Source: an uncultured delta proteobacterium (GTDB lineage: Bacteria > Desulfobacterota > Desulfobacteria > Desulfobacterales > Desulfosalsimonadaceae). From it: a stretch of 64,000 nt of DNA. The notes under the pieces were generated by a model. The model searched no databases. It saw only the letters and a list, made by a program, of their open reading frames with translations, and was not told where the DNA came from. The stretch lies in NCBI GenBank assembly GCA_963826785.1, contig CAWGYD010000006.1:288001-352000 (forward strand), written 5' to 3'. Below, one piece after another: positions 1-10,502 of this stretch. The stretch's first letter is position 1. Each line of letters starts with the position of its first letter. The position numbers and the translations under genes are program-made.

Positions 1-301
1 AGCACATCACCTCATCCCTGAGCGCCCGCAGGGCATTGATGCGATTTTCGATCTGGCCGCTTTCCAGTGATTCCAGCAGGTGAATCACCGCATAGGCGAT
101 TCTCAATCCCTTGGATTCGGCCATCTCCTTTATGCCCCGGGGATGGAGAAAATGGAAGAAACGCCGCTGGGAGTGAATCTGCAGCTTGTCGCTTTCCAGC
201 ATCTCATTGACCATGGTCAGCAGGAGATGATCCCGGCGGTCGAAAAAGACCTTGGGGATACGGGGCGGGGCCATTCGTTTCACGTCATGTTTTTGGGTCA
301 T
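1..301 (-). CDS. 5' part of a hypothetical protein (runs off the window edge)
   Basis: Open minus-strand frame from ATG at 301, translated by hand: MTQKHDVKRMAPPRIPKVFFDRRDHLLL...HPRGIKEMAESKGLRIAYAVIHLLESLE...NALRALRDEVMC; absent from the ORF track because it has no stop in the window. Confidence 0.7.
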   Translation of the reverse strand, partial: MTQKHDVKRMAPPRIPKVFFDRRDHLLLTMVNEMLESDKLQIHSQRRFFHFLHPRGIKEMAESKGLRIAYAVIHLLESLESGQIENRINALRALRDEVMC

Positions 302-484
302 TGGCTCGCAACATTATAATAAATCTGTTAATTTGATTCATTTTACCTTTTTTGCCCGGGCGTGTCCATTTAAAAGAAGCCCGGGCCTGGAAGGCTCAAG
401 GTGAAAAATCCCCCTTGATTTCCAATACACGGGCTGATAACAACAAGAGCCTGAATCCAAATGACAAACGAACGAAGAGCTGCC

Positions 485-1234
485 ATGTATAATGATAAAA
501 CAGTGATTGTCATCATGCCCGCCTACAATGCAGCGGCGACCCTGCGCCGGACCTATGATGAGGTCATGGCCCAGGGGATTGTGGATCGGGTCATCGTGGT
601 GGATGATGCCAGCAGCGATGAGACCGTGCAAATCGCCCGGACCCTGCCCCATGCCCTGGTCCATCCGCATCCGCAAAACCGGGGATACGGCGGAAACCAG
701 AAAACCTGCTACCGGCTGGCCCTGGAACAGGGGGGAGATATCATCATCATGGTGCATCCCGATTACCAGTATACGCCGAAACTGATTCCGGCCATGGCCT
801 CCCTGATTGCAAACGACCTGTATCACTGCGTGCTGGGATCGCGCATTTTAGGGGGGTATGCCCTAAAAGGCGGAATGCCGGGATGGAAGTATATCGCCAA
901 CCGGGTGCTCACGTTTGCGGAAAACCTGCTGACCGGCGCCAAGCTGTCGGAATATCACACCGGCTACCGGGCCTTTTCACGCAGATTGCTGGAACAGCTG
1001 CCCCTGGATCAGAATTCCGATGATTTCGTCTTCGACAACCAGATGCTGCTGCAGATCCTGTGGCAGAATCACATGATCGCAGAAGTTTCCTGCCCCACCC
1101 GCTACTCCCCGGACTCCTCCTCCATCAATTTCAAGCGAAGCGTCACCTACGGATTCGGCTGCCTGTTCATGGCGTTAAAATTCCGCCTGGCCCGGATCGG
1201 GCTGATCCGCGCAAATGAATTTGCCGGCAGGTGA
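485..1234 (+). CDS. Glycosyltransferase family 2, DPM1/polyprenol-phosphate-sugar synthase-like
   Basis: VIMPAYNA, VVDDASSDET, NRGYGG and GYRAFSR motifs; start at ATG 485 (the ORF track extends to 461). Confidence 0.9.
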   Translation: MYNDKTVIVIMPAYNAAATLRRTYDEVMAQGIVDRVIVVDDASSDETVQIARTLPHALVHPHPQNRGYGGNQKTCYRLALEQGGDIIIMVHPDYQYTPKLIPAMASLIANDLYHCVLGSRILGGYALKGGMPGWKYIANRVLTFAENLLTGAKLSEYHTGYRAFSRRLLEQLPLDQNSDDFVFDNQMLLQILWQNHMIAEVSCPTRYSPDSSSINFKRSVTYGFGCLFMALKFRLARIGLIRANEFAGR

Positions 1235-1235
1235 C

Positions 1236-1416
1236 TCAGGGATTTTTCTCTTTTTTGAAGATTTGCCGCCTTTTTATAATTATCACTTGCAATGGCGCTT
1301 TCCGGAAATTTTTCCGCGGCTTCCCTGAAACAGTCCATGGCTTTTTCAGTCTCCCCCATCTGAAACAGCGTCACACAGAGATTATTCATGGCCTGCTCGT
1401 AATCGGGTTTTTTCAA
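1236..1416 (-). pseudogene. Isolated TPR-repeat fragment
   Basis: KPDYEQAMNNLCVTLFQMGETEKAMDCFREAAEKFPESAIASDNY is TPR-like; no convincing start codon or RBS; the frame runs into the convergent GT2 gene. Confidence 0.45.
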
Positions 1417-1494
1417 TCTTGATATCTTTTTCTTGGATGATCATCTCCCATGCGCATTCATATTTAAAGCAGCCACGCCGGTTATACAGCCGGG

Positions 1495-2622
1495 TCATCT
1501 GGCGGCGGTTATTCTTTCATATACGTTGACGTATTTTGCAGCCACCATATCCCAGGAAAATTTCTCTTCCAAACGCTGTCTTGCGCTCCGGCCCAGGCTG
1601 CGGCACAGATCAGGATCAGAAGCCAGTTCAATAACGGTCGCCCGCAGCCCCTGGACGTCCCCCGGATCGATCAGCCGCGCCGACTCGCCGACCGCTTCCT
1701 GGCAGCCCGTTCCCCGGGTGGTGACGATGGCCAGTCCGGCAGCCATGGCTTCCAGCAGAACCATCGGAAAATTTTCGGACATGGAGGGAAAGACAAAGAT
1801 CGAAGATGTTTCAAACAGCTGAATCAATTGTTCGCTGCTGTTTTCCAAATGGCCGTAAAATCTGATCCGTGGGCTGAGGCCAAGGCCTTTTGCCATCCGC
1901 TTGAGATCACTCAGGTACGGACCGTCTCCCACGATGTGGATTTCATGATCGAGGTTTAATCCGTCCACCGCCTCCAGAAGATGCTGAATGCCTTTGCGCT
2001 TGAACATTCGCGAGACCACCAGGATTTTCCGGGTCCTTTTCCCTTCTCCCTTAAATCGCAGCGGATCGATCCCGTTGGGGATTACTTTCACATTGGCGGA
2101 AGGCAGGGCCCGGGCAACCAGGGTTTCAAGATACCGGCTCAGGCAGATGATATTCGTACTCGACCTGACGATGATCCGCCAGAAGGGCAGCAGCAGGCGA
2201 TGAAGCATCTTGAATCGATCCGGATTGTACCCCGGAACGTCCGAACCATGAGCGGTGATGATATAGGGCAGCCCGGTCGCCTTGGAAAGCATATAGGCCA
2301 GGACCCCGTCAGGGAAAATAAAATGCGCGTGGATGAGGTCATATTTCTTTTTCGACGTCATCATCAGTGCGATGGGAAAAGCAGCGCATATATAGCTGAT
2401 CATCTCCGGGCTGTGGCTTAAAACTTTACTGGTGCGGATAGAAGGGATGCGCCGAAGGGAAAAATTGCCGGCAAATTCCGTTGCCGGCAGCCCTCGATAT
2501 TTCATAGACAGCAGGTCAACCAAATGGCCGGATTCCGCCAGTTGGCGGCACAGACCCGCCACCACATGGCCGCCGCCGCCGCCCAGGGGCGGGTATTCAT
2601 AACAGCACATGAGGATCTTCAA
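1495..2622 (-). CDS. Glycosyltransferase family 4 (GT-B)
   Basis: YEYPPLGGGGG N-terminus, HAHF, HGSDV, IPNGID, ENFPMVLLEAMAAG (EX7E) motifs. Confidence 0.93.
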   Translation of the reverse strand: MKILMCCYEYPPLGGGGGHVVAGLCRQLAESGHLVDLLSMKYRGLPATEFAGNFSLRRIPSIRTSKVLSHSPEMISYICAAFPIALMMTSKKKYDLIHAHFIFPDGVLAYMLSKATGLPYIITAHGSDVPGYNPDRFKMLHRLLLPFWRIIVRSSTNIICLSRYLETLVARALPSANVKVIPNGIDPLRFKGEGKRTRKILVVSRMFKRKGIQHLLEAVDGLNLDHEIHIVGDGPYLSDLKRMAKGLGLSPRIRFYGHLENSSEQLIQLFETSSIFVFPSMSENFPMVLLEAMAAGLAIVTTRGTGCQEAVGESARLIDPGDVQGLRATVIELASDPDLCRSLGRSARQRLEEKFSWDMVAAKYVNVYERITAAR

Positions 2623-2843
2623 GATTCGGCTCGTCCTTAAATTTCAATTCACTTGGCTTTTGACAATCATCATCCGGTCAACTATACTCCGGAACTTGAA
2701 ACGACGTGTTACGATAACCGAAAAATAAACGCAAATTCAACCATCATTTCATGATTGCAACCGGTCCGTGGCGGAGCCCCCCATAGCGCCAGACGCCCGT
2801 TGGCTGACCGGGTGTGCCGGAATGGATCAAAAAGTGTCCCTAA

Positions 2844-5320
2844 ATGAGCAGACGCAAAAAGAAGTGCGCACCTGCGCCATCCGATAAGACAACCGCCCCC
2901 TGCCCGATGCCCCCTGACGTTGCGCCGATCTCTGTGCCGGATCGGTTAACGGAAAAAGGTGCGTTCTTTTTGCTGTTATTTTTGATTCTCATGGTCCAGC
3001 TGTTCGTCTATTCCGATTTCATCCTGTTCAACCGGTTATACCTGTTTCTGGATATCGGGAGTGATTCATACAACCTGTTTTATCCTGGATTTGTGCACAT
3101 CGCCAGTTATCTGCGCACAGAAGGCCTTCCCACCTGGTCGTTTGCGGAAGGCATGGGCAAAAACATCTTTGCCGGGGGGATCAACAATCCGTTTCAGCTG
3201 ATCTTATACCTGATCGGTCCGGAACGGCTGGCATTCGGCATCGTGTTTGTGGAGATGCTCAAGGGGCTCATTACCGGCATCCTCTTTTTCCTCTACCTGC
3301 GCATCCGGCAGTTTTCCGGCGCGATCTGCCTCTTTGGCGGGATACTGGCAGCATTTCTGGGGTACCTGGTGCTGGGCGGCAGTGGCTGGTACGGCCATTC
3401 CACCAATGTGGTCTACTTCATGCTGCTGGTATATGCCTTTGAGCTTTGTTTCCAAAAAGGCAACTGGCTGCTGCTGCCCTTGGCCGTATTCTTTGTGGCC
3501 ACCAACCCCTTCCGGCTCTACATCTTCGGCGTCTTCATGCTGACCTACGTTCTTTTTCGCATGATGACGAAAAACGAATACGACTGGAAGAAAAGCATCT
3601 TTTTTCTGCTGCGGCTGGGTGGTTTCGGCCTGCTTGGTATCGGGCTGAGCGCCCTTTTTTCATTCGATAATCTGATGGGTATGCTCAACAGTCCGAGGGT
3701 TTCCGGAGACGTCTCCGCCGTCGGTGCGCTCTCCGCATCTCCGTGGTGGCATCTCCCCGACCGGTTGCAGGGGGCGACGGTGCTCATGCGGATGTTTTCC
3801 AACGACCTGATGGGGACCGGAAGCGATTATCGCGGCTGGTACAATTACATGGAAGCGCCGATCTTCTATGCGGGCCTGCTGCCGCTTATTCTGATTCCCC
3901 AGGCATTTTCCGTATCCGACCGGCGCAGACGGATCGCATATCTGTCGTTTCTCGCGTTGTGGTCGATTCCGCTGATCTTTCCATATGCCCGGCATGCCCT
4001 GTATGCGTTCATGGGCGATTATTACAAACATGGGCTTTCCATGTTCATCCCTTTTATCATACTGATATTTGGCATGTGGGGCCTTGAACGGGTCTGGCGC
4101 CATAAACTCCAGCCGCTTGTATTGGTTTTCACCACGGCGATTCTTCTCATCATCCTTTTTTACCCCTATTTTGACGGAACCGTTTATGAAGGGCAGACGA
4201 TAATCGACAACCACCTGAGACTTATCATCAGCCTGTTTCTGATCACATACACGGGGCTGCTTTATGCCATGCAGTACAAGGCCCTGAAACACTACATTTT
4301 CTATATGCTCTTACTTACCATCTGCATTGAAGCCGCTTTTATGTCCACCATCACCGTCAACCACCGGTCGACAATGACCCGGAAGCAATTTGAAAGCCGG
4401 GTGGGATATAACGATTATACCCTGGAGGCGATCGAGTACCTGAAAACCATCGATACGGGATTTTACAGGGTCAACAAGGATTATTCCTCCTCTCTTGCCG
4501 AGATCAACAGCTTAAATGACGCCAAAATTCAAGGGTATTTCGGAACGCCGTCCTATTCATCCTTCAACAGCCAGGATTACATCGAGTTTTTAAAAGCAAC
4601 CGAAATCATTCCCAAAGGTCAAGAGACTAAAACAAGATGGGCCATGGGTCTGCTCCAGCGCCCGCTCCTTCAGGCCCTTGCCGGGGTGAAGTATAATCTG
4701 GTAAGGACTGAAGAACTGCCAAAAAAAAGAATGGACGCGCTGTTTGACAAAACCTATACACCGATGGCGCAATTTGGGGATATCACGGTATTAAAAAACG
4801 AATTTTCGCTCCCCCCGGGCATCCCCTATGATGCCGCCATAAATTTAGCCGAGTTCAATCAATTGTCCCGGGTCCAGAAAGACATCATCCTGTTTAATGC
4901 CTGTATTCTGGAATCAGACCTGCCCGGCATCGACTTTCTATCCAGGGATGAAATCAAAACCATTCTCGGCGATGCCTCCTTGAGCCGCTTTTGGGAACTG
5001 TCAGCTCAGAAACGATCAGACGCCATGCAATTGACCCGTTTTACTCAAAAGCGATTCAAGGGTTTGATGACGCTGAAAAAGCAGAAGCTGGTCTTTTTTG
5101 CCATCCCCTTTGATGAGGGCTGGCAGGCGTTTGATAACGGCGCCCGGATTCCCTGATCAAAGCCAACATCGGTTTTACAGGTATTCTGCTTGGAAAGGGG
5201 GAACATGCCATAGAACTGAAGTATAAGGTGAAAAATCTGCCCCTGCTCATGTCTGTTTCAATGATTTCATTACTGATCTATTCTGGATTGGCGCTGATGC
5301 ATGTCCGCCGTAAAGCTTAA
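2844..5320 (+). CDS. YfhO-family multi-pass membrane protein (GT-C glycosyltransferase); one frameshift near 5152
   Basis: Many TM helices, DSYNLFYP first-loop motif, PFDEGWQAFDNG C-terminal motif; a second frame continues LIKANIGFTGILLGKGEHAIELKY...VRRKA to TAA 5318-5320, overlapping the flippase stop (TTAA). Confidence 0.85.
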
Positions 5321-6606
5321 CCGGCAAATCGCGGCCTGCAGGATATTCTGAAATAGAATTCCTTGATCAGGGTCAGTATCAGATAGGCAATCGATGTGGC
5401 ATACGCCGCACCGATATACCCCATGCGGCTCACCAGGATGAAATCGAGCCCCAGGTTGATGAGAAGTGCAAAAACAGTGGCGGACTGGAGAAATCTGAAC
5501 TGTTTCAGGGTGTCGAAAATGGGATCATAAAAGATGCCGTATAAGTTAAACATGGATCCTGCCAGCAAAATCTGCAAAACAGCCGCGCTTTCTGCGTACT
5601 GCGGCTTAAAGAACCAGGAGACCAGAATCGGAATCATCAAAAAAACAGCCCCGAAACCCGCTCCACCCAACATCAGGAGCTTAGTCCGCTTAACGTGCAG
5701 ATAATAGCGGATTTTGTCCGGATCATGGATGTGGCCGGCGATAAACGGCAGAAAATAAATCTGGAGGATGGCGGAAAGAAAAATCGTCCCCTTGAAAAAC
5801 TGGTATCCCAGATTGTAAATACCGATTTCGTTCATGCTCGAAAAGTGCCGAAGGATGATATTGTCTCCCCAGTTCAGCAGGTAGACCGCAGTGCCGCCCA
5901 GGACCATCCACTTGGTCAAATCGGCCATTTTAAAAAGCATCTTCTTGTCATATGCCGGGGGGAGAAGTTACTTGGTTTCTATTTTCGGAAGCATCAGCCC
6001 CGCTGAAAGAACTGCCGAAATCAAAAACATCATGAATGCAACCCCGATCGTGATCTCAAAAAAGAGGAAGAACAGCAGCAGGTACAGGATGGAAAACAAA
6101 GCTTTCAAAAAATGAAAGATCGACTGCAGGATCAGCCGGTCAAGGGCGATGAACAGTGAACCGATGAGCGCTTCTATTATTTTGCCGATAAAGACCAGCA
6201 TGAGAAAATAGACCTGGGACTCGGGTCAACCCGGTAAATGCCATGATCTGGTTTTGAACTGAAAGCAGGATGACCAGGAATATGCCAAGCGCCGCCGCAA
6301 GCATGACGGTTCGGGCCGTAATCGAAGCATTGATGCGTCCACTGGCCTTCAATTCCTCGCTTCCCAGAATAATCAGCGGCTTGTTGGATGAATTGACCAG
6401 CACGGCAACGAAAAAATAAGCGATCATCATGGAAAGCGAATAGATGCCGAAAACTTGGGGGAAAACCGGGTGGCCAGAAGGATGGGAACCACAAAATCAA
6501 GGCCGTACCCGAAACTGCGGATCGCGCCATAGGAGATCAGCCTTTTTCCCTCTTGCAATTCTTTTATCAACCAGTCAAATAGTTTAGAATTGAAAATGGC
6601 CAACAA
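5317..6606 (-). CDS. Wzx/MOP-family oligosaccharide flippase; split by several frameshifts
   Basis: Consecutive hydrophobic fragments 6427-6606, 6140-6430, 5968-6201, 5317-5940; DNIILRHFSSMNEIGIYNLGY and GYIGAAYATSIAY are typical of polysaccharide-biosynthesis flippases; start approximate. Confidence 0.8.
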
Positions 6607-6703
6607 GAACCTCTTTATTAAACCGCGACTGCCTTTAAAAATGAAGGCCGTATCCCCTGAAAAAACCAATACGTTCTTGGCCCGCCGAAAAATAACCAGG
6701 AAA

Positions 6704-6733
6704 AATTCCCCCCGGGGGGGGGGCAAGGGGGGA
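6704..6733. repeat. REP-like GC palindrome (CCCCCC/G-run-CAAGGGGGG)
   Basis: attccccccggggggggggcaagggggg resembles ccccccttgaggggggaatcaaagggg at 7565-7591. Confidence 0.45.
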
Positions 6734-6735
6734 AA

Positions 6736-8670
6736 ATGACCGACTTGATCAGAACACCGCCCTTCAAAAGCCAGCATTTCCGGGCCGCAATCTGATCATC
6801 GCAATTATGCTGTGCCTCGGCACCTTCATGCTTTACAGCCAAGTCACCCATTTTGATTTTATCAACTATGATGACATCGATTATGTATCACAGAATCCCC
6901 ATATTCAAAACGGCATAAATATCGAATCGATCACCTGGGCGTTCACCGCCTTTCATGGGGCAACTGGCACCCCCTGACCTGGATTTCCCATATGCTCGAT
7001 TATGAGATATACGGGCTTGACCCCGGGGGACACCACCTCACCAGCCTGATCTTCCACATCCTCAACACCTTGCTGCTGTTTGCCATCCTATTTCAGATGA
7101 CCGGGCGTTCCTATGCTGCCGGCTTTGCCGCAGCCCTGTTTGCCTTGCACCCCCTGCACGTGGAATCCGTGGCCTGGGTGTCGGAGCGAAAGGATGTGTT
7201 GAGCGCCTTTTTCGGCCTGCTCACCATCCGGGCCTATATCCGGTATGTCCTAAAGCCCGCTCTAAGCCGCTACCTGATGGTAATGATTTTCTTCGCCCTG
7301 GGTCTGATGAGCAAACCCATGCTGGTGACCCTTCCCTTTCTCCTGCTGCTGCTGATTCCTGGCCTGAACCGGTTTGGGCATTCAGAAATACTTCCCCTCC
7401 AAAGCAAGAATAAAAATTCGCCCAATTCCCCCCAGAAGGCCACATCCGCCAGCCCCCCCTTGAAAACATCCCCTCCGACCGATCCTTCCGTGAGAACGAC
7501 CGTCCCCAATTCCCCATCGAGGGGCACAGTCCTTACTTCCCCCTTGAGGCCCACCCCTCCCACTCCCCCCTTGAGGGGGGAATCAAAGGGGAGATGTCCG
7601 GGTGCATGGAGGAGTGTCCGGGGTGCCATCCTCGAAAAAGTCCCCCTGATCCTCCTGGTGATCCTCTCCAGCATCATCACCCTCTATGCCCAGGAGCACG
7701 GCGGGGCCATCCGGACCCTGGAGTTCAGCCCGCTCCATTTCCGGATTGCAAACGCCCTGACGGCATACTTACTCTACCTGGTCAAGATGGTCTATCCGGT
7801 CAACCTGGCCTTTTTGTATCCCTATCCGGACCACCTCCGGCCTGGAAAATCGCTGGATCGGCCCTTTTGCTGGGAATGATCACCTTTTTTGCCTTCAGGT
7901 TCCGGAAAGACCGACCCTGGCTGGCGGTGGGATGGGGATGGTATCTGATCAGCCTGGTGCCGGTGATCGGGATCATCCAGGTGGGCATGCAGGCCATGGC
8001 GGACCGCTACACCTACCTTCCCCTGATCGGCATCTTTATGATCATTTCCTGGGGAGCGGGAGATCTTGCTGCCAAACTCAACTTGTCCAAAAAGGTGACT
8101 GCAGCTGCAGCATTCATGGTGATAGCCGTCCTGACCGCGCTTTCTTTTGCCCAGATCGGCTACTGGAAAAACAGCATCACGTTATTTGAACACGCCATCG
8201 CCGTAACCCAAAACAACTACATTGCCCATTACAACCTGGGAAATGCGATAGCGGGAAAACAGCAATACGAGAAGGCACTTGCGCATTATCTTGCAGCCGT
8301 CGAGATCCGCCCCGCGTTTGCCGATGCCCACAATAATGCCGGCAACGTCTATCTCCTGCAAAAAAATCTGGATTCCGCCATCGAGCGCTATGAGAAGACG
8401 GTAAAACTCGACCCGGGCCGCACCGGCGCGCACTATAACCTGGGAATCGCCTATGAAAAAAAGGGGTGGACGGCAGAGGCGGCAATGCATTACAAACAGG
8501 CCCTGGCGTTAAATCCGGAATGGGAAAGTGCCTGGTATAAGCTCGGCATTGCGCTCTACCATCAGGGGGATATTGAAGGGGCGGTTGAAGCTTTCCAGGA
8601 GGGATTGAAAATTAATCCGGAAAATTCAGATGCAAGGCAAAACCTGGAGAAATTGCAAAAGCTGGGATAA
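6736..8670 (+). CDS. TMTC-like membrane glycosyltransferase (GT-C) with C-terminal TPR array; frameshifted near 6780, 6960, 7355 and 7836
   Basis: Reconstructed FDFINYDDIDYV (DD motif), NWHPLTWISHMLD, HPLHVESVAWVSERKDVL, SKPM, MADRYTYLP, then about four TPRs (AHYNLG, AHNNAG, AHYNLG, AWYKLG). Confidence 0.85.
7421..7591 (+). repeat. Degenerate ~27-nt in-frame tandem repeat ending in a REP-like palindrome
   Basis: Units PNSPQKATS / ASPPLKTSP / PTDPSVRTTV / PNSPSRGTV / LTSPLRPTP / PTPPLRGES; the last contains CCCCCCTTGAGGGGGG. Confidence 0.65.
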
Positions 8671-8740
8671 AAAATCATTGGAAGTATCGAAGAAGTAAAA
8701 ATCAGATGCCAGAAAATTCATTTAATCAGAGATCTTGTAT

Positions 8741-9211
8741 CTATGTCGTCTTTTTACCGGTTTGAATCCGTTTAAGGTATTTTACATCAACCCTATCCTG
8801 GTCTCTGCCGGTTGCTTCTTTATTTCTGATAAGGTCTTCCCTTGAAAGATACCACACATCAACATCGCCGTATTTTCCCATCGCCCGGCGGGTCCAAGCG
8901 TTTTCAAAGCCGGTGATTCCGGCAATTCTTGCCATCAAATCGATACGAACCGGTGCAACGCCCAATTGAACAATGGACTCGGGATTGCAAAGATCATCGG
9001 CGGTTAATCCCATGTCGGATCCGCCAAAAAATTCCCGGATGGTTTTTAAAATGGCGTTTGCAGATGAGGGGATGGCTTCATGGAGAATATCGATATCCTT
9101 GGTCGCCCTCGGACGGGCATGAAAGGCAACCGCGTGAGCACCGATGATCAGGTATTTAACGTGATTTGCGTTTAATAACTCGAAAAACTCTTCGTAGTCT
9201 TTCTGTGCCAT
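8741..9211 (-). CDS. Pol-beta-superfamily nucleotidyltransferase, putative TA component
   Basis: IIGAHAVAFHARPRATKDIDIL (G-x-x-A...DxD) and C-terminal LIRNKEATGRDQDRVD. Confidence 0.8.
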   Translation of the reverse strand: MAQKDYEEFFELLNANHVKYLIIGAHAVAFHARPRATKDIDILHEAIPSSANAILKTIREFFGGSDMGLTADDLCNPESIVQLGVAPVRIDLMARIAGITGFENAWTRRAMGKYGDVDVWYLSREDLIRNKEATGRDQDRVDVKYLKRIQTGKKTT

Positions 9212-9389
9212 GCGCACCCTTTGTTTTCAGGCAGCCCTGCAGACATTCATCCACGGCATCGACCCGCTCTTCCGGAGAAAGGCCTTCAAACCAGAACCGA
9301 AAATCCGCTTCTTCGGCCTTATCCATGGGAACGACCCTTGCCGTCCACAGCCGGCCATATTTATCTTTTGCGCTTCCCCGTTCATCCAT
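9156..9389 (-). CDS. Small hypothetical protein, upstream overlapping partner of the nucleotidyltransferase
   Basis: MDERG...EEADFRFWFEGLSPEERVDAVDEC...RLRRVFRVIKRKSR; overlaps the NTase start by 56 nt; retained in the decayed copy at 12.2-12.6 kb. Confidence 0.7.
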   Translation of the reverse strand: MDERGSAKDKYGRLWTARVVPMDKAEEADFRFWFEGLSPEERVDAVDECLQGCLKTKGAHGTERLRRVFRVIKRKSR

Positions 9390-9474
9390 ACTGAAATACT
9401 GCCTCAATTTTTGATCAGTTTAACCATAATACCATCATTTCTTGCAAAAAACAAAATGGATCTGCAGTAGATAG

Positions 9475-9709
9475 AACCCAAAGACGGCTGAAAAGAAGCG
9501 CTTTCGTGGAAAAGGTGATCGAGTCGTTTCCCATATATATATCCTTTTGAAGTTCCCGTCGCCAGAATATATGCACAACTATAGGCAAATCTGATCCAGC
9601 GAGGATTGCAGATCGGCGCCCATGAACTCATCATCGGCGCCACCTCCTTATCCCTCGAGTTTTCAGTCGCAACCTTCAGTAAAAGGCATTTTGAACGTAT
9701 CGAGGGGCT
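9475..9709 (+). pseudogene. Decayed copy of the 3' half of vapC
   Basis: Aligns with 10203-10433 (aacccaaagacggctgaaaagaagcgcttt...tatcgaggggctt); TGG to TAG change and an ATAT expansion frameshift. Confidence 0.9.
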
Positions 9710-9718
9710 TTCTGACCC

Positions 9719-9746
9719 TTGACAATTTCCAAACAATATGTAAATT
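9719..9746 (+). promoter_or_regulatory. Putative sigma70 promoter of vapBC
   Basis: TTGACA-16 nt-TAAATT upstream of a GGAGG RBS and ATG 9779. Confidence 0.5.
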
Positions 9747-9778
9747 TTGATTATCATATTTTACATGGAGGCTGAAGA

Positions 9779-10060
9779 ATGGAAAAACGTATCTCCGCTA
9801 CGCAGACGGTAAGAAAATTTTCAGAAGTGCTCAATACCGTGATTTTTAAAAAAACGCGTTACATCATCGAAAGAGGCGGTAAGCCAGTGGCCTCGATACA
9901 ACCCATTGGCGACAAACCGGACTTAAAAACATTGGATGAACTAACTGACCTGATGAAAAAACTGCCAAGGCTGGGGGATGAATTGGATGCCTTCGCCAAA
10001 GACCTTGCCGATATTGGAAAGGAGCAGCCGCCAGTGACAGCTGAGGATTTATGGGCGTAA
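9779..10060 (+). CDS. Phd/YefM-family antitoxin
   Basis: ISATQTVRKFSEVLNTV...IIERGGKPVASI Phd signature; overlaps the PIN toxin gene. Confidence 0.88.
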   Translation: MEKRISATQTVRKFSEVLNTVIFKKTRYIIERGGKPVASIQPIGDKPDLKTLDELTDLMKKLPRLGDELDAFAKDLADIGKEQPPVTAEDLWA

Positions 10061-10458
10061 TCCTCGACACAAGCGTTCTTATCGAAGCTGAACGACAGGC
10101 CTCCGACATCCGGGTATTTATCGAAAATCGGAGAGAAGAGGTCTTCGGGTTAAGTGTGATATCGATTGCCGAACTCCTTCACGGCGTGCACCGGGCTGAT
10201 TCAACCCAAAGACGGCTGAAAAGAAGCGCTTTTGTGGAAAAGGTGATCGAATTGTTTCCAATCTATCCTTTTGAAGTCCCCGTCGCCAGAATATATGCAC
10301 AACTCTGGGCGGATCTGATCAAGAAAGGATTGCAGATCGGCGCCCATGATCTCATCATCGGCGCTACCGCCTTATCCCTCGGGTTTTCAGTCGCCACCTT
10401 CAATAAACGGCACTTTGAACATATCGAGGGGCTTAAAATTGAGATGATCAATTTGTAA
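10051..10458 (+). CDS. vapC: PIN-domain ribonuclease toxin (VapC)
   Basis: ILDTSVLI, SIAELLHG, DLIIGATAL, TFNKRHF acidic PIN motifs. Confidence 0.92.
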   Translation: MGVILDTSVLIEAERQASDIRVFIENRREEVFGLSVISIAELLHGVHRADSTQRRLKRSAFVEKVIELFPIYPFEVPVARIYAQLWADLIKKGLQIGAHDLIIGATALSLGFSVATFNKRHFEHIEGLKIEMINL

Positions 10459-10460
10459 AT

Positions 10461-10502
10461 TTAACGCGGTTTGCGTTTAATAACTCGAAAAACGCTTCGT
10501 AG
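10461..10502 (-). repeat. 42-bp fragment of the nucleotidyltransferase-pair junction
   Basis: ttaacgcggtttgcgtttaataactcgaaaaacgcttcgtag vs ttaacgtgatttgcgtttaataactcgaaaaactcttcgtag at 9156-9197. Confidence 0.85.

Noticed and set aside
7421..7591. CRISPR-like array
   Set aside because: Units are degenerate, in frame within a CDS, have no unique spacers, and no cas genes are present
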